DNA of 64,000 nt from Candidatus Chisholmbacteria bacterium (lineage in GTDB: Bacteria > Patescibacteriota > Microgenomatia > UBA1400 > Chisholmbacteraceae). The stretch lies in contig CAVPHZ010000001.1 in the NCBI GenBank assembly GCA_963704905.1, forward strand, positions 1,089-65,088. The letters are read 5' to 3'. Every line of letters begins with the position of its first letter. The stretch's first letter is position 1. Position numbers and translations under genes: made by a program. The notes under the pieces were generated by a model. The model had not been told where the DNA came from. It did no database searches and was given only the letters and a program-made list of their open reading frames with translations. Below, piece after piece: positions 1-8,954 of this stretch.

Positions 1-1732
1 TTTTGGCATTTATTTTTTTAATATCCTCTGGAAAATCGATTGCTTCGAGTATCTGTACCTCACCCGAGTTGGCGTCTACTTCAACTAGGTCATTGTCTGC
101 TAGGACCTTAGTAGCATTTTTAGTAGCAACTATGCATGGGATATTAAATTCTCTAGAAACAATAGCTGCATGACATGTCACCCCACCTTCATCTGTTACT
201 ATAGCTACAGCTTTACGAATAGCTATCATATAGTCTGGAGTCGTCATTTTGGCGACCAAAACATCGCCTTTTTTCACCTTTTCTAGTTCAGAAAGTTTAT
301 TAATAACCTTAACTTTACCAGTTACTTTTCCTCTACATGCTACATTACCCTTAATTACTCTTTTCAGTGAACTGGTTGGAGACACAATATTAAACCTCTC
401 TATAGCTTCGATGATTTTGTCTCCACCAATTATTGTTTTTATTTTTCCGTTGAACATTAGAAAAGCCCATCCCTTTTCTCGAGCTTTTACTTTCTTATGA
501 ATACTCTTTTTAGAAACATCTCCCAGCAGTCCTTTGATTATTTCCTTATGGGAAAGTTGTTTTACCTGTCTTTTTGTTAAGCCCAAGCGAGCACCAGCCT
601 CGTAAAACATTGGTAAATGGTAGTAGTGAGCCTGACAAATTGTATCTTTTCGATAAATTCTTAAATGAATGTATTCCTGTAAAAACTTAACCTGCTCTCG
701 AAGCGACCTGGTTGCTTTTATTTTCTTGAAAGCTTTTTCTAACTTAAGGTTGAAATGTCTTTCCTGGCTTTTTAATCTATTCTGCTCTTTTTTTGGATCA
801 TCAACGTTGTCAACAATATTTTTTATCTCTTCCTTAAAGTACTCTCTGGTAAGTGGTTTGTGAAAGATACTCCATAGCGAAAGCCAACAATACTTCTCTG
901 TGTGTTTATTAATTAATCTTTTAGCTTTGGCATTGAAACCATTTGTCTTTACATACGAGGCAATAACTAGAGCGTCATCTCGTTCTTGGTTAGTTAGAGC
1001 TGCTGGGGATAAAAGAAGTTCGAAAATTTTTTTATCCTTTACCTTGTGCTTAATTTTTTCCTCAAAGTGTCTTTCTATTCCATGTGGAACAGTAACGAAT
1101 GGAAACACTGCTACATAGTGTTTATAAAACCTTTTTAATTGTTTTACCAATGCTTGATTGTCTAACTTTTTTACATCGGTCTGATAAATAACTTTAGAAA
1201 TCTCAACAAGTTTGTCACAAGTTGTTTTACATAGAGCAATATCCTTGGATGCAAAGTTTGGATCAGAGTCTATTAGGTCGGCAATTGCTCTTCCTAAATC
1301 ATGAAGTTCTTTTTTGGAATAATATACTCCGTGGGTAAATTCATTTAACCAAAGGTTTTTAACAGATACTCCATAAATCTTCTTTAACTTATATTGGTTA
1401 GCTTCAGCTAGAGCTGAAGTAAATGAGTGTGATGTCTGTCGATTTAATATCTTCACCCAGTTGAATTTTGTCTCTTTTGTTAATTTCACTGAACCTTCAA
1501 TTATGTCTTCCAAAGCATTGAAATGCTTATAATCCCTATTTAATCGATAAAACTTAAATTTGCCTTTGACCTCGGCATTTACTATTTTTTGTTTTTCCAA
1601 AGTCATTAATGCACGATAGACAGAGTTAGGGTATAAGGACGAAAATCTCACCAGCTCATTTATGTAATAAGATTTGGCTGGATTATTAAACAATATACTT
1701 AATATCTTTTTAGAGGTTTTAGACAACTGCAT
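1..1732 (-). CDS. PEP-utilising enzyme mobile-domain protein with N-terminal winged-helix domain. Partial: the gene runs off the window edge.
   Basis: Minus-strand frame starts at ATG (revcomp 1730-1732) and is open to position 1. The track lists no ORF here, consistent with the stop lying off-window. N-terminus has an HTH-like stretch (LYPNSVYRALMTLEKQKIV). The C-terminal visible part has GGVTCHAAIVSREFNIPCIVATKNAT, the phospho-histidine mobile domain signature of the PEP synthase / PPDK family. Confidence 0.6.
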   Translation of the reverse strand, partial: MQLSKTSKKILSILFNNPAKSYYINELVRFSSLYPNSVYRALMTLEKQKIVNAEVKGKFKFYRLNRDYKHFNALEDIIEGSVKLTKETKFNWVKILNRQTSHSFTSALAEANQYKLKKIYGVSVKNLWLNEFTHGVYYSKKELHDLGRAIADLIDSDPNFASKDIALCKTTCDKLVEISKVIYQTDVKKLDNQALVKQLKRFYKHYVAVFPFVTVPHGIERHFEEKIKHKVKDKKIFELLLSPAALTNQERDDALVIASYVKTNGFNAKAKRLINKHTEKYCWLSLWSIFHKPLTREYFKEEIKNIVDNVDDPKKEQNRLKSQERHFNLKLEKAFKKIKATRSLREQVKFLQEYIHLRIYRKDTICQAHYYHLPMFYEAGARLGLTKRQVKQLSHKEIIKGLLGDVSKKSIHKKVKAREKGWAFLMFNGKIKTIIGGDKIIEAIERFNIVSPTSSLKRVIKGNVACRGKVTGKVKVINKLSELEKVKKGDVLVAKMTTPDYMIAIRKAVAIVTDEGGVTCHAAIVSREFNIPCIVATKNATKVLADNDLVEVDANSGEVQILEAIDFPEDIKKINAK

Positions 1733-1839
1733 AAAAGTCTTATCATTATACAATGATATTGTATAATATCAAATTATGAAGCGAATAGGAAATTATGGTG
1801 AAAAACCTGCTGAATTTCCTGGACTGCACTCTTAAAACT

Positions 1840-1878
1840 TTCAACCAGGGTGTTCGAAATAACTAAACGTGGGGTCAC
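1840..1878. repeat. conserved intergenic motif, copy A (TTCAACCAGGGTGTTCGAAATAACTAAACGTGGGGTCAC)
   Basis: Shares 31 of 32 nt with copy B. The extended 5' part (TTCAAC-AGGGTG) is shared with copy D. Confidence 0.8.
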
Positions 1879-1892
1879 GATGAATTTATAAA

Positions 1893-1915
1893 AGAGCCGT
1901 ACATCGGCTCTTTTA
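1893..1915. terminator. GC hairpin AGAGCCG-TACAT-CGGCTCT plus T tract, identical to 5642-5660
   Basis: Lies 15 nt downstream of motif copy A, inside a divergent promoter region. It cannot terminate either flanking gene, which suggests the motif plus hairpin is a discrete unit. Confidence 0.45.
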
Positions 1916-2011
1916 TGTTATTAGTATTCTAACGAATGTTCTTTACATACTCTCAGCTTTTTCTCAGATATTATTTGTATCCTTGGGTTTGTTAAATCAA
2001 AAAGGAGTTAT

Positions 2012-2347
2012 ATGGCTGAAAAAAAGAAAGAAGAAATTGCCGAAAATGAAGTCAAAAAGACTAAGAAGAAATCAAATGCCAAGCTTTGGATCATTGGAAT
2101 ACTGATTGCGCTTTTAGCATTTGCTGGATTTAAGTTCTACAGCTTCCGGCAGGATACGAACAAGCGTTTTGAGGTTGCTCAACAACAACGGGATATTATG
2201 ATCGATTCGTGGAGAGAGCAAGGATTAAGTGATGAAGAGATCGAAGAGCGTTTAGAGAATTTCAGAAAAGATCGTAGCAGTGGAGATCGACCTCCTGGAG
2301 CTGGAATATTTCGCTTGTTTAGAGGTGGACGAGGTCCTGGAAGGTAA
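2012..2347 (+). CDS. small membrane-anchored hypothetical protein with a Gly/Arg-rich C-terminus
   Basis: Lys-rich N-terminus followed by one TM helix (LWIIGILIALLAFAGF). Immediately precedes the efflux adaptor gene. Confidence 0.45.
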   Translation: MAEKKKEEIAENEVKKTKKKSNAKLWIIGILIALLAFAGFKFYSFRQDTNKRFEVAQQQRDIMIDSWREQGLSDEEIEERLENFRKDRSSGDRPPGAGIFRLFRGGRGPGR

Positions 2348-2349
2348 AT

Positions 2350-3600
2350 ATGATTTCAAGCTTAATTGATTTTGTTTCTCAGAGGATAAAGAATGTTATT
2401 ACTTGGTTCAAGAAAGCGTCACGCATTAAGCAAGTTGTTGTAATTGGTGTAGTTGTATTGGTCCTTTTTTTTGCGTATCGCAGTTTGAGTCAAGACACTT
2501 CTGAAGTTAGTTACCGCACAGAACCGGTTACCACAGATACTATTGTTAATATCATTTCTGAAACTGGAGAAATTTCCATCACTGGAAAAACTGATGTTTT
2601 GTCAACCATAACTGGGATTGTTGAAGAAGTGTATGTTGAAAATGGCGACGTGGTGCAGCGTGGACAGAGTTTATTTAAAGTAACAAGTACAGCAACCGAG
2701 GAAGAACGAGCCAAGGCTTATGCAGATTATACAAAGGCAAAAGCTGACTTTGGTACAGCTGAAGCGAATGAGTACAGCCTGCAAGCAGATATGTTTGAAG
2801 ACTGGGATGAATTTAAAGAGTTAGCGGAGAGTGATGATTATGAAGATATGAGCTCCGATAACCGTAATTTGCCTGAGTTTCATATCCCTGAAAAAGATTG
2901 GTTGGCATCTGAAGCTCAATACGTAAATCAAGAACAAGTGATTGCTCAGGCCAAAGCCAGTGTTAGTGAAACTTGGCTTGCTTATCAGGCAACTATTGAT
3001 GGTGTGGTGAAGTCAACTGCAAATGGAACGGTTGCAAATCTTGCGATCGCTTCTGGACGACATGTCGATAGCAGTTCAACGGCTTTGATGGTAACGAGCG
3101 ATGAGAGCGCATGGGTGGAGTTAGCGCTTAACGAAACGGACGTTGTTACTGTCGAAGCTGGCCAATCGGCAGTTGTTTCGGTTGATGCTTTGAAAGGACA
3201 AGAGTTTTCAGGAACAGTTGAGCGAGTAGATGAGGTTGGCACGGTCGAGTCCGGAGTGGTTACTTACAACGTTTACATCTCTCTGCCTGAAATTGATTCA
3301 TCTGTTAATCCGGGAATGACAGTGCAAGTGGATATTGAAACGCAAAAGAAAGAAAACGTCCTGGTTGCACCCAACAGCGCTATTGAACCGTATCAAGGTG
3401 GTAGGGCTGTGCAAGTTTTGGATGAGTCAACCGAAGAGTTACTTTACTACCCAATTGAGGTGGGCATTGTTGGACCAATAAACTCTGAAGTAATAAGTGG
3501 TTTGAAAGAAGGTCAGGAAATAGTAGTGAGCCAAACTGATAATGGAAGTGATGATCAAAGTAGTGGAGGTGGAATCTTCCCCGGTCCAGGTAGAAACTGA
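2350..3600 (+). CDS. efflux periplasmic adaptor (membrane fusion protein, HlyD/MacA family)
   Basis: N-terminal TM anchor and a biotinyl/lipoyl-like hairpin (GKTDVLSTITGIVEEVYVENGDVVQRGQSLFKV). Size and position directly upstream of the ABC ATPase and permease fit an adaptor. Confidence 0.8.
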   Translation: MISSLIDFVSQRIKNVITWFKKASRIKQVVVIGVVVLVLFFAYRSLSQDTSEVSYRTEPVTTDTIVNIISETGEISITGKTDVLSTITGIVEEVYVENGDVVQRGQSLFKVTSTATEEERAKAYADYTKAKADFGTAEANEYSLQADMFEDWDEFKELAESDDYEDMSSDNRNLPEFHIPEKDWLASEAQYVNQEQVIAQAKASVSETWLAYQATIDGVVKSTANGTVANLAIASGRHVDSSSTALMVTSDESAWVELALNETDVVTVEAGQSAVVSVDALKGQEFSGTVERVDEVGTVESGVVTYNVYISLPEIDSSVNPGMTVQVDIETQKKENVLVAPNSAIEPYQGGRAVQVLDESTEELLYYPIEVGIVGPINSEVISGLKEGQEIVVSQTDNGSDDQSSGGGIFPGPGRN

Positions 3601-3609
3601 GGTAGGCTA

Positions 3610-4314
3610 ATGAAAACTAAAGATAAACAGCCAATCATCAACTTCAAAAATATTCGAAAAACGTATGTCACTGGACCAGTGACTTATGAAGCGTTGCGTG
3701 GAATTACTTTCAAGATCTTTGAAGGAGAGTTTGTTGCGATCATGGGACCGTCTGGTAGCGGAAAGTCGACGATTATGAACATCATTGGAGCTCTGGATGT
3801 TCCGACTTCCGGCCAGTATTTGTTAAAAGAAAAAGATATTTCTTCGTATGACGAGGATGATCTGTCTGAAATTCGCAATCAGGAAGTTGGTTTCGTATTT
3901 CAAACGTTTAATCTTTTACCCAGAACTACAGTGCTCAAGAATGTTGAGCGGCCCATGATGTATGCAGGTATTCCTGCTGATGATCGGAATAAAAGAGCCA
4001 TGGATACATTAAAGAATGTTGGCCTTGAAGATAAAGCTGATAATTTGTCCAATCATCTTTCAGGAGGACAGATTCAACGTGTGGCTATTGCTCGGGCTTT
4101 GGTTATGAATCCATCTATACTTCTGGCTGATGAGCCAACAGGTAATTTGGATAGCACAACAGCAAATGAAATTATGGAGTTTTTTGAAAAACTTAACAAC
4201 GCCGGGAGCACTATTGTGGTGATTACTCATGAAAAAGAGATTGCCGAATTTGCCAAGCGAATTATTTACGTCAAAGATGGAGTTATTGATACGGATAGGA
4301 AAAACAATAAATAA
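3610..4314 (+). CDS. ABC transporter ATP-binding protein (MacB/LolD type)
   Basis: Walker A GPSGSGKST, ABC signature LSGGQIQRVAIARAL, Walker B LLADEPTGNLD. Confidence 0.9.
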   Translation: MKTKDKQPIINFKNIRKTYVTGPVTYEALRGITFKIFEGEFVAIMGPSGSGKSTIMNIIGALDVPTSGQYLLKEKDISSYDEDDLSEIRNQEVGFVFQTFNLLPRTTVLKNVERPMMYAGIPADDRNKRAMDTLKNVGLEDKADNLSNHLSGGQIQRVAIARALVMNPSILLADEPTGNLDSTTANEIMEFFEKLNNAGSTIVVITHEKEIAEFAKRIIYVKDGVIDTDRKNNK

Positions 4315-4317
4315 ACT

Positions 4318-5502
4318 ATGGATTTTAAAGAACTCATCCTACTCGCATTAGACGCACTAAAGAGCAATTTGGTGAGAACTTCACTCACGATGCTAGGCAT
4401 CATTATCGGAATCGCTTCTGTGATTGCGATTATTTCTCTAGGAGAAGGGTCAACGGCTTCGATTGTCAGTGACATTTCTTCTCATGGAGCCAATGTAATT
4501 ACCGTTTCACCTGGTCTATCACAACGAGGTCCTGGTCAGAGTGCAGGAACTGTTACTACGTTAACGACAGATGACGGTGAAAGTATCAGCGAGCTTGAAA
4601 ATGTTGTGGCGGTTAGTGCCGTTGTTAATAAAAGTGAACAAATAGTGGCAAATGCAGAAGAAACGAATGCTTCTATTCGAGGGGTTGAAGAAACCTATGC
4701 AGAAATTCAGTCACTTGAGTTAACCAGCGGTTTATTTTTTGAAGCAGGTGACGTTGAGGGGATGTCCAGAGTTGTGGTGCTGGGTGATGAAATTGTAGAA
4801 GAATTGTTTGGGGAGGGAGCTGAAATTATTGGAGAGACTGTGAGGATCGATGCTCGAACTTTTAGAATTGTTGGAGTGGCTTATGAAGATTCAAGCGCCT
4901 ACATCCCACTAACAACTGCTCAAAAAGTGATGTTTGGCCAAGATCATGTTGATAGCATCAGCGTTGCAGTCACTTCTACAGAACTTGTTGAGTCGACGAT
5001 GTCTGTTATTGAAGAACTTTTATTACTTGAACATGAAATTGATGACCCAGAACTTGCCGATTTTAATGTGCGAAGCTCTCAAACATTTGTTGAAACAATT
5101 AGCAGCGTTACTGGAACGTTAACAACATTACTTTCTGGGATTGCTGCAATTTCTCTTCTTGTCGGTGGGATTGGAATCATGAATATCATGTTGGTAACGG
5201 TAACCGAACGGACCAAAGAAATTGGTTTGCTTAAAGCCATTGGCGCAAAAAGAAAAGATATCTTGACCCAATTTTTAATCGAGGCGATCGTGCTCACTAT
5301 GTTTGGGGGTTTAATCGGAATGCTTTTGGGTGGAGGGATTGCGTATGTTGCTTCTTCGGTTATGAACATTCCGTTTGTAGTGAGTATTTCTTCGGTTCTT
5401 TTGGCTTTTGGAGTTTCAGCTGGAGTGGGAATTACCTTTGGCTGGTATCCGGCTAACAAAGCTTCTCGTCTCAATCCCATCGATGCTCTACGCTATGAGT
5501 AG
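4318..5502 (+). CDS. ABC transporter permease (FtsX/MacB family)
   Basis: N-terminal TM helix, a large periplasmic domain and C-terminal 3-TM FtsX-like region (GIMNIMLVTVTERTKEIGLLKAIGA). Confidence 0.85.
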   Translation: MDFKELILLALDALKSNLVRTSLTMLGIIIGIASVIAIISLGEGSTASIVSDISSHGANVITVSPGLSQRGPGQSAGTVTTLTTDDGESISELENVVAVSAVVNKSEQIVANAEETNASIRGVEETYAEIQSLELTSGLFFEAGDVEGMSRVVVLGDEIVEELFGEGAEIIGETVRIDARTFRIVGVAYEDSSAYIPLTTAQKVMFGQDHVDSISVAVTSTELVESTMSVIEELLLLEHEIDDPELADFNVRSSQTFVETISSVTGTLTTLLSGIAAISLLVGGIGIMNIMLVTVTERTKEIGLLKAIGAKRKDILTQFLIEAIVLTMFGGLIGMLLGGGIAYVASSVMNIPFVVSISSVLLAFGVSAGVGITFGWYPANKASRLNPIDALRYE

Positions 5503-5573
5503 ACTAACTGAAATTTAAATTTGGTTTAAATATACTTCGAAGATCTTTAATTATTTCTATAAAATCACTTACT

Positions 5574-5605
5574 AAGGTGTTCGAAATAACTAAACGTGGG
5601 GTCAC
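5574..5605. repeat. conserved intergenic motif, copy B (AAGGTGTTCGAAATAACTAAACGTGGGGTCAC)
   Basis: Near-identical to copies at 1840-1878, 7969-8000 and 12521-12558. Confidence 0.8.
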
Positions 5606-5641
5606 TTCACATTCGTTCAGTGCAAGCATAAGGCAATTATA

Positions 5642-5663
5642 AGAGCCGTACATCGGCTCTTTA
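5642..5663. terminator. GC hairpin AGAGCCG-TACAT-CGGCTCT followed by a T-rich tract. Sequence identical to the hairpin at 1893-1911.
   Basis: Perfect 7-bp stem with 5-nt loop, 140 nt downstream of the permease stop. May terminate the efflux operon and/or a small RNA starting at motif copy B. Confidence 0.5.
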
Positions 5664-5781
5664 TCATCTGACTCAACTGTGGGTATATTAATTCTTTAAA
5701 AAAATTAAGTTATTGTTGATTTTGTGTTGCGAATAACTGCCTGTTATCCATAATTAATATATAATCAAAGTTGATAAAAAT

Positions 5782-6177
5782 ATGGACACATATAACTGGT
5801 ACTCACAATTAATCAAACCTTCCTGGGCACCACCTTCTTGGCTATTCGGACCAGTATGGACATTTCTTTATCTTTTGATAGCTGTTTCTTTTGGTAAAGT
5901 GTTTCTCTTAACGTTTCAAAAAAAAATATCGATTATTGTCGCCTTGCCTTTTATCCTGAACCTCATTTTTAATTTAGCCTTTACCCCTTTGCAATTTGGC
6001 TTGAGAAGCAATTCGCTGGCGTCCGTTGATATTCTGTTGGTTCTTGTAACGCTCATCTGGTCTATTGTTGCAATATATCCTCACGTTCGGTGGATTGCGT
6101 ATGTCCAAGTTCCTTACTTACTGTGGGTTTCGTTTGCAACTATATTGCAATTAGCTATTACTTACTTAAATAGATAA
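5782..6177 (+). CDS. TspO/MBR family membrane protein (short form)
   Basis: N-terminal NWYSQLIKPSWAPPSWLFGPVWTFLYLLIA matches the TspO signature W-Y-x-L-x-K-P-x-W-x-P-P-x-W-x-F-x-x-x-W-T-x-L-Y. Four to five TM helices. Confidence 0.6.
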   Translation: MDTYNWYSQLIKPSWAPPSWLFGPVWTFLYLLIAVSFGKVFLLTFQKKISIIVALPFILNLIFNLAFTPLQFGLRSNSLASVDILLVLVTLIWSIVAIYPHVRWIAYVQVPYLLWVSFATILQLAITYLNR

Positions 6178-6178
6178 T

Positions 6179-6577
6179 ATGATTGCCAAACTTTACTTCA
6201 TTGCGCTACCGGTATTTTTAGTAATCGACATGCTATGGCTGGGATTGGTGGCAAAGAATTTTTACGCCAAACAAATCGGGTTTTTGATGAAATCAGATAT
6301 CAACTACACAGCGGCAATTATTTTTTATTTACTTTTTGTCGGTGGTCTTGTGCTGTTCGTCATTTCTCCAGCAATTGAGAAGGGATCATGGTTACATGCT
6401 TTGACTTATGGGGCATTGTTTGGATTGATTACCTACGCAACTTATGACTTAACAAACTTAGCCACCATTAAGGACTGGCCATTTTTAGTAACTATGGTTG
6501 ACTTAATATGGGGAACGGTTCTTGCTGCTTCAGTATCTGGGATCAGTTATTTTATTGCTGATAAGCTTGGATTGTGA
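6179..6577 (+). CDS. small 4-TM membrane protein (DUF2177-like)
   Basis: Hydrophobic 132-aa protein. Start codon is 2 nt after the TspO stop. Confidence 0.4.
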   Translation: MIAKLYFIALPVFLVIDMLWLGLVAKNFYAKQIGFLMKSDINYTAAIIFYLLFVGGLVLFVISPAIEKGSWLHALTYGALFGLITYATYDLTNLATIKDWPFLVTMVDLIWGTVLAASVSGISYFIADKLGL

Positions 6578-6628
6578 AAAATATATTCTTGATGTAATTA
6601 AATTGCAGCGATTTTGAACTAAAGCAAC

Positions 6629-7405
6629 TCATCTTTTAGGAGGCAGAGGAATCAACAAACTCGTTTTTCTTCTGTACTCTTGATACTTCACATTTTCAAC
6701 ATATTTCTGATCATACTTTTTTTCCAGTAGAGGAATTCCACTTACAAACATTAAAATATACGTGATAAAGATTGGACCGATTATTGTCAACCAAGCCAAT
6801 CCTTGTAATGTTGGCATGACAATAAGGTAAATACCCCACCAAACAAGCATCTCCCCAAAGTAATTCGGATGTCTCGAATATTTCCATAACCCCGATTGAA
6901 TCCACATATCTTTGTTCTTTGGATTGCTTTTGAATTTAAACTTCTGTCCGTCAGCAATTGATTCAAGTAATAATCCCATTAACCACACAATCATTCCCAT
7001 AATCATAATGGAACTGACTGGGATGCTATCAGATTGAGTGAGTATCAATATTGCAGGTAGCATGATTATCCAGACTGCTATCCCTTGAAATACCCAAAAC
7101 TGTAAGAAAGACAACAAATTTTCCCTCTTGTCGTCAAAACGACTATCCTTTTTAATTCTTAAAATCCGTATAACAAGGTAGGATATCAATCTTATTGCCC
7201 ATATGATTATCATCAATGTAATGAGTATTTGAATTGGAAAATAGGTTTGGTTGGTAAAGTTCAAAAAAAGTGCAAGTATAATGAAAGTTATGCCATAGGT
7301 AAAATCGGTAAACTTATCAGTTTTTAGAGCAAAGGCAACAATAAAAAACAAAAGGTTAATGCCCAAACTCAAGGCAAATGTAAGACTATATGGATTCATG
7401 AACAT
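6629..7405 (-). CDS. DUF1295 family membrane protein (steroid 5-alpha-reductase / ICMT-like fold)
   Basis: Multi-TM protein with the motif WKYSRHPNYFGEMLVWWG typical of the DUF1295 / methyltransferase-like family. Confidence 0.6.
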   Translation of the reverse strand: MFMNPYSLTFALSLGINLLFFIVAFALKTDKFTDFTYGITFIILALFLNFTNQTYFPIQILITLMIIIWAIRLISYLVIRILRIKKDSRFDDKRENLLSFLQFWVFQGIAVWIIMLPAILILTQSDSIPVSSIMIMGMIVWLMGLLLESIADGQKFKFKSNPKNKDMWIQSGLWKYSRHPNYFGEMLVWWGIYLIVMPTLQGLAWLTIIGPIFITYILMFVSGIPLLEKKYDQKYVENVKYQEYRRKTSLLIPLPPKR

Positions 7406-7439
7406 GGCTATACTTTAACAAAAACCTAGGGAAAATAAT

Positions 7440-7871
7440 ATGCGACTATGGAGTCTACATCCTAAATATCTTGATACTCAAGGCCTAGTTGCTGTATGGA
7501 GAGAAGGATTGCTGGCAAAAAAGGTGTTGGAAAGAAAAACTAAAGGTTATACTAAACATCCTCAACTGATTAGATTTAAAAAGCATCCATTCCCTTTAAA
7601 AGCCGTTGATCATTACTTGATTTATATATTCTATGAATCTGAAAATAGAGGTTTTCATTTTAGGCGGAGTAAAGTTGAAAAAGCACAAGATAAAATTAAT
7701 ACAATAACAGTTACTTCAGGTCAAATTGAATACGAGTTTAATCATTTAAAGAAGAAGTTAAGTCAAAGAAACCCTATTTTGTATAAAAATCTACTTATGA
7801 CTAAAAATATCGACACCCATCCTCTATTTGAGGTTATTAAGGGCAATGTCGAAACGTGGGAAAAAATATAA
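7440..7871 (+). CDS. pyrimidine dimer DNA glycosylase (endonuclease V / Pyr_excise-like)
   Basis: N-terminus MRLWSLHPKYLDTQGLVAVWREGLLAKKVL resembles T4 endoV-type proteins (RINLxxxxELxDQHLxAExREL). Confidence 0.6.
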   Translation: MRLWSLHPKYLDTQGLVAVWREGLLAKKVLERKTKGYTKHPQLIRFKKHPFPLKAVDHYLIYIFYESENRGFHFRRSKVEKAQDKINTITVTSGQIEYEFNHLKKKLSQRNPILYKNLLMTKNIDTHPLFEVIKGNVETWEKI

Positions 7872-7913
7872 ATGCTAAAGATATTATTAGAAGTAGTTTG
7901 AAATAAAGTAATA

Positions 7914-7943
7914 GCTTGAGTGAAACAATCATTGCAAGCTTTT
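7914..7943 (+). terminator. candidate rho-independent terminator (AGCTTG...CAAGCT plus TTT)
   Basis: 6-bp stem with 15-nt loop and a T tract, 40 nt after the glycosylase stop. Confidence 0.3.
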
Positions 7944-7968
7944 AATTATTACGAATATTTCTATAACT

Positions 7969-8000
7969 AAAGTGTTCGATATTATTAAACGTAGGGTCAC
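7969..8000. repeat. conserved intergenic motif, copy C (AAAGTGTTCGATATTATTAAACGTAGGGTCAC)
   Basis: Diverged copy with 5 substitutions, located between convergent genes. Confidence 0.7.
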
Positions 8001-8054
8001 TTGTTAATTTTGTGAAGTTCAGTGAATGGTGTTCAAGGTTATTCATAGGTTAGA

Positions 8055-8603
8055 TTATGACTTTAACTTTGTGGAATATTTTTCTTTTAAAGCTTTGAGT
8101 TTTGGCGAAATGACGAACGTGCAGTACGCAGCAGACGAATTATTAATATAGTAATTCTGGTGATACTCCTCCGCTTTAAAAAACTCTGTTAAGGGTACTA
8201 TTTGGGTGACAATTTTATCCTTATATTCTCCGCTCGCGCTCAACTCTTTTAGCAGCTTATTTGCAATATCTTTCTGCTCGTCATTAATATAGAGAATTAT
8301 TGATCGATATTGTGTTCCAGTATCAGATCCTTGCCTGTTTATAGTGGTGGGATCATGTGAATGCCAGAATATATCCAGAAGATCTCTGTAGGAGATCATT
8401 TGGGGATCAAATTCTATACGAACCGTCTCTGCATGTCCGGTGTCCGTATTGCTAACTTGATCATAGGTCGGATTGTTTACTGACCCACCAGCATAACCGG
8501 GAGTCACTGATATGACACCTTTTATCTGCTGGAAGATTGCTTCTGTGCACCAAAAACAGCCTCCTCCAAATACAGCAATTTGTTTATTTTTCATCCTTAC
8601 CAA
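8055..8603 (-). CDS. msrA: peptide methionine (S)-sulfoxide reductase MsrA
   Basis: Catalytic motif GGGCFWCTEAIF and GYAGG. Overlaps msrB by 20 nt. Confidence 0.9.
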   Translation of the reverse strand: MVRMKNKQIAVFGGGCFWCTEAIFQQIKGVISVTPGYAGGSVNNPTYDQVSNTDTGHAETVRIEFDPQMISYRDLLDIFWHSHDPTTINRQGSDTGTQYRSIILYINDEQKDIANKLLKELSASGEYKDKIVTQIVPLTEFFKAEEYHQNYYINNSSAAYCTFVISPKLKALKEKYSTKLKS

Positions 8604-8952
8604 TAAACTTCAGAGACATTGAATTGACGCAGTGACGAGTATTCTTGGGTGTATCACCTTCACCTTCAAAAACATGACCTAAGTGCGCACCGCATGAATT
8701 ACAGGTAATCTCAGTTCTGCGACCATCAGCATCTAGAGTTCGTTTTACTGCATCGTCTATTTCTTGATCAAAGCTAGGCCATCCGCAGTGTGCGTCAAAT
8801 TTATCTGAAGAATTATATAGTGGAGCATCACATTGCTTGCATACATAGACCCCATCCTCAAAAAATTCGTCGTACTTTCCCGTGAAGGGGGCTTCCGTGC
8901 CCTTGTCGATAATCACTCTTTTTTCTTCTTCAGTTAATTGATTTACTTTCAT
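8584..8952 (-). CDS. msrB: peptide methionine (R)-sulfoxide reductase MsrB
   Basis: SelR fold motifs CKQCDAPLY...HCGWPSF and CNSCGAHLGHVF (two CxxC zinc sites, catalytic Cys). Confidence 0.9.
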   Translation of the reverse strand: MKVNQLTEEEKRVIIDKGTEAPFTGKYDEFFEDGVYVCKQCDAPLYNSSDKFDAHCGWPSFDQEIDDAVKRTLDADGRRTEITCNSCGAHLGHVFEGEGDTPKNTRHCVNSMSLKFIGKDEK

Positions 8953-8954
8953 GT

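Noticed and set aside
249-1118. Three plus-strand ORFs (249-500, 669-863, 900-1118) in the ORF track
   Set aside because: They lie antisense within the long minus-strand PEP-utilising enzyme gene that runs off the window edge. They have low-complexity, non-protein-like composition.
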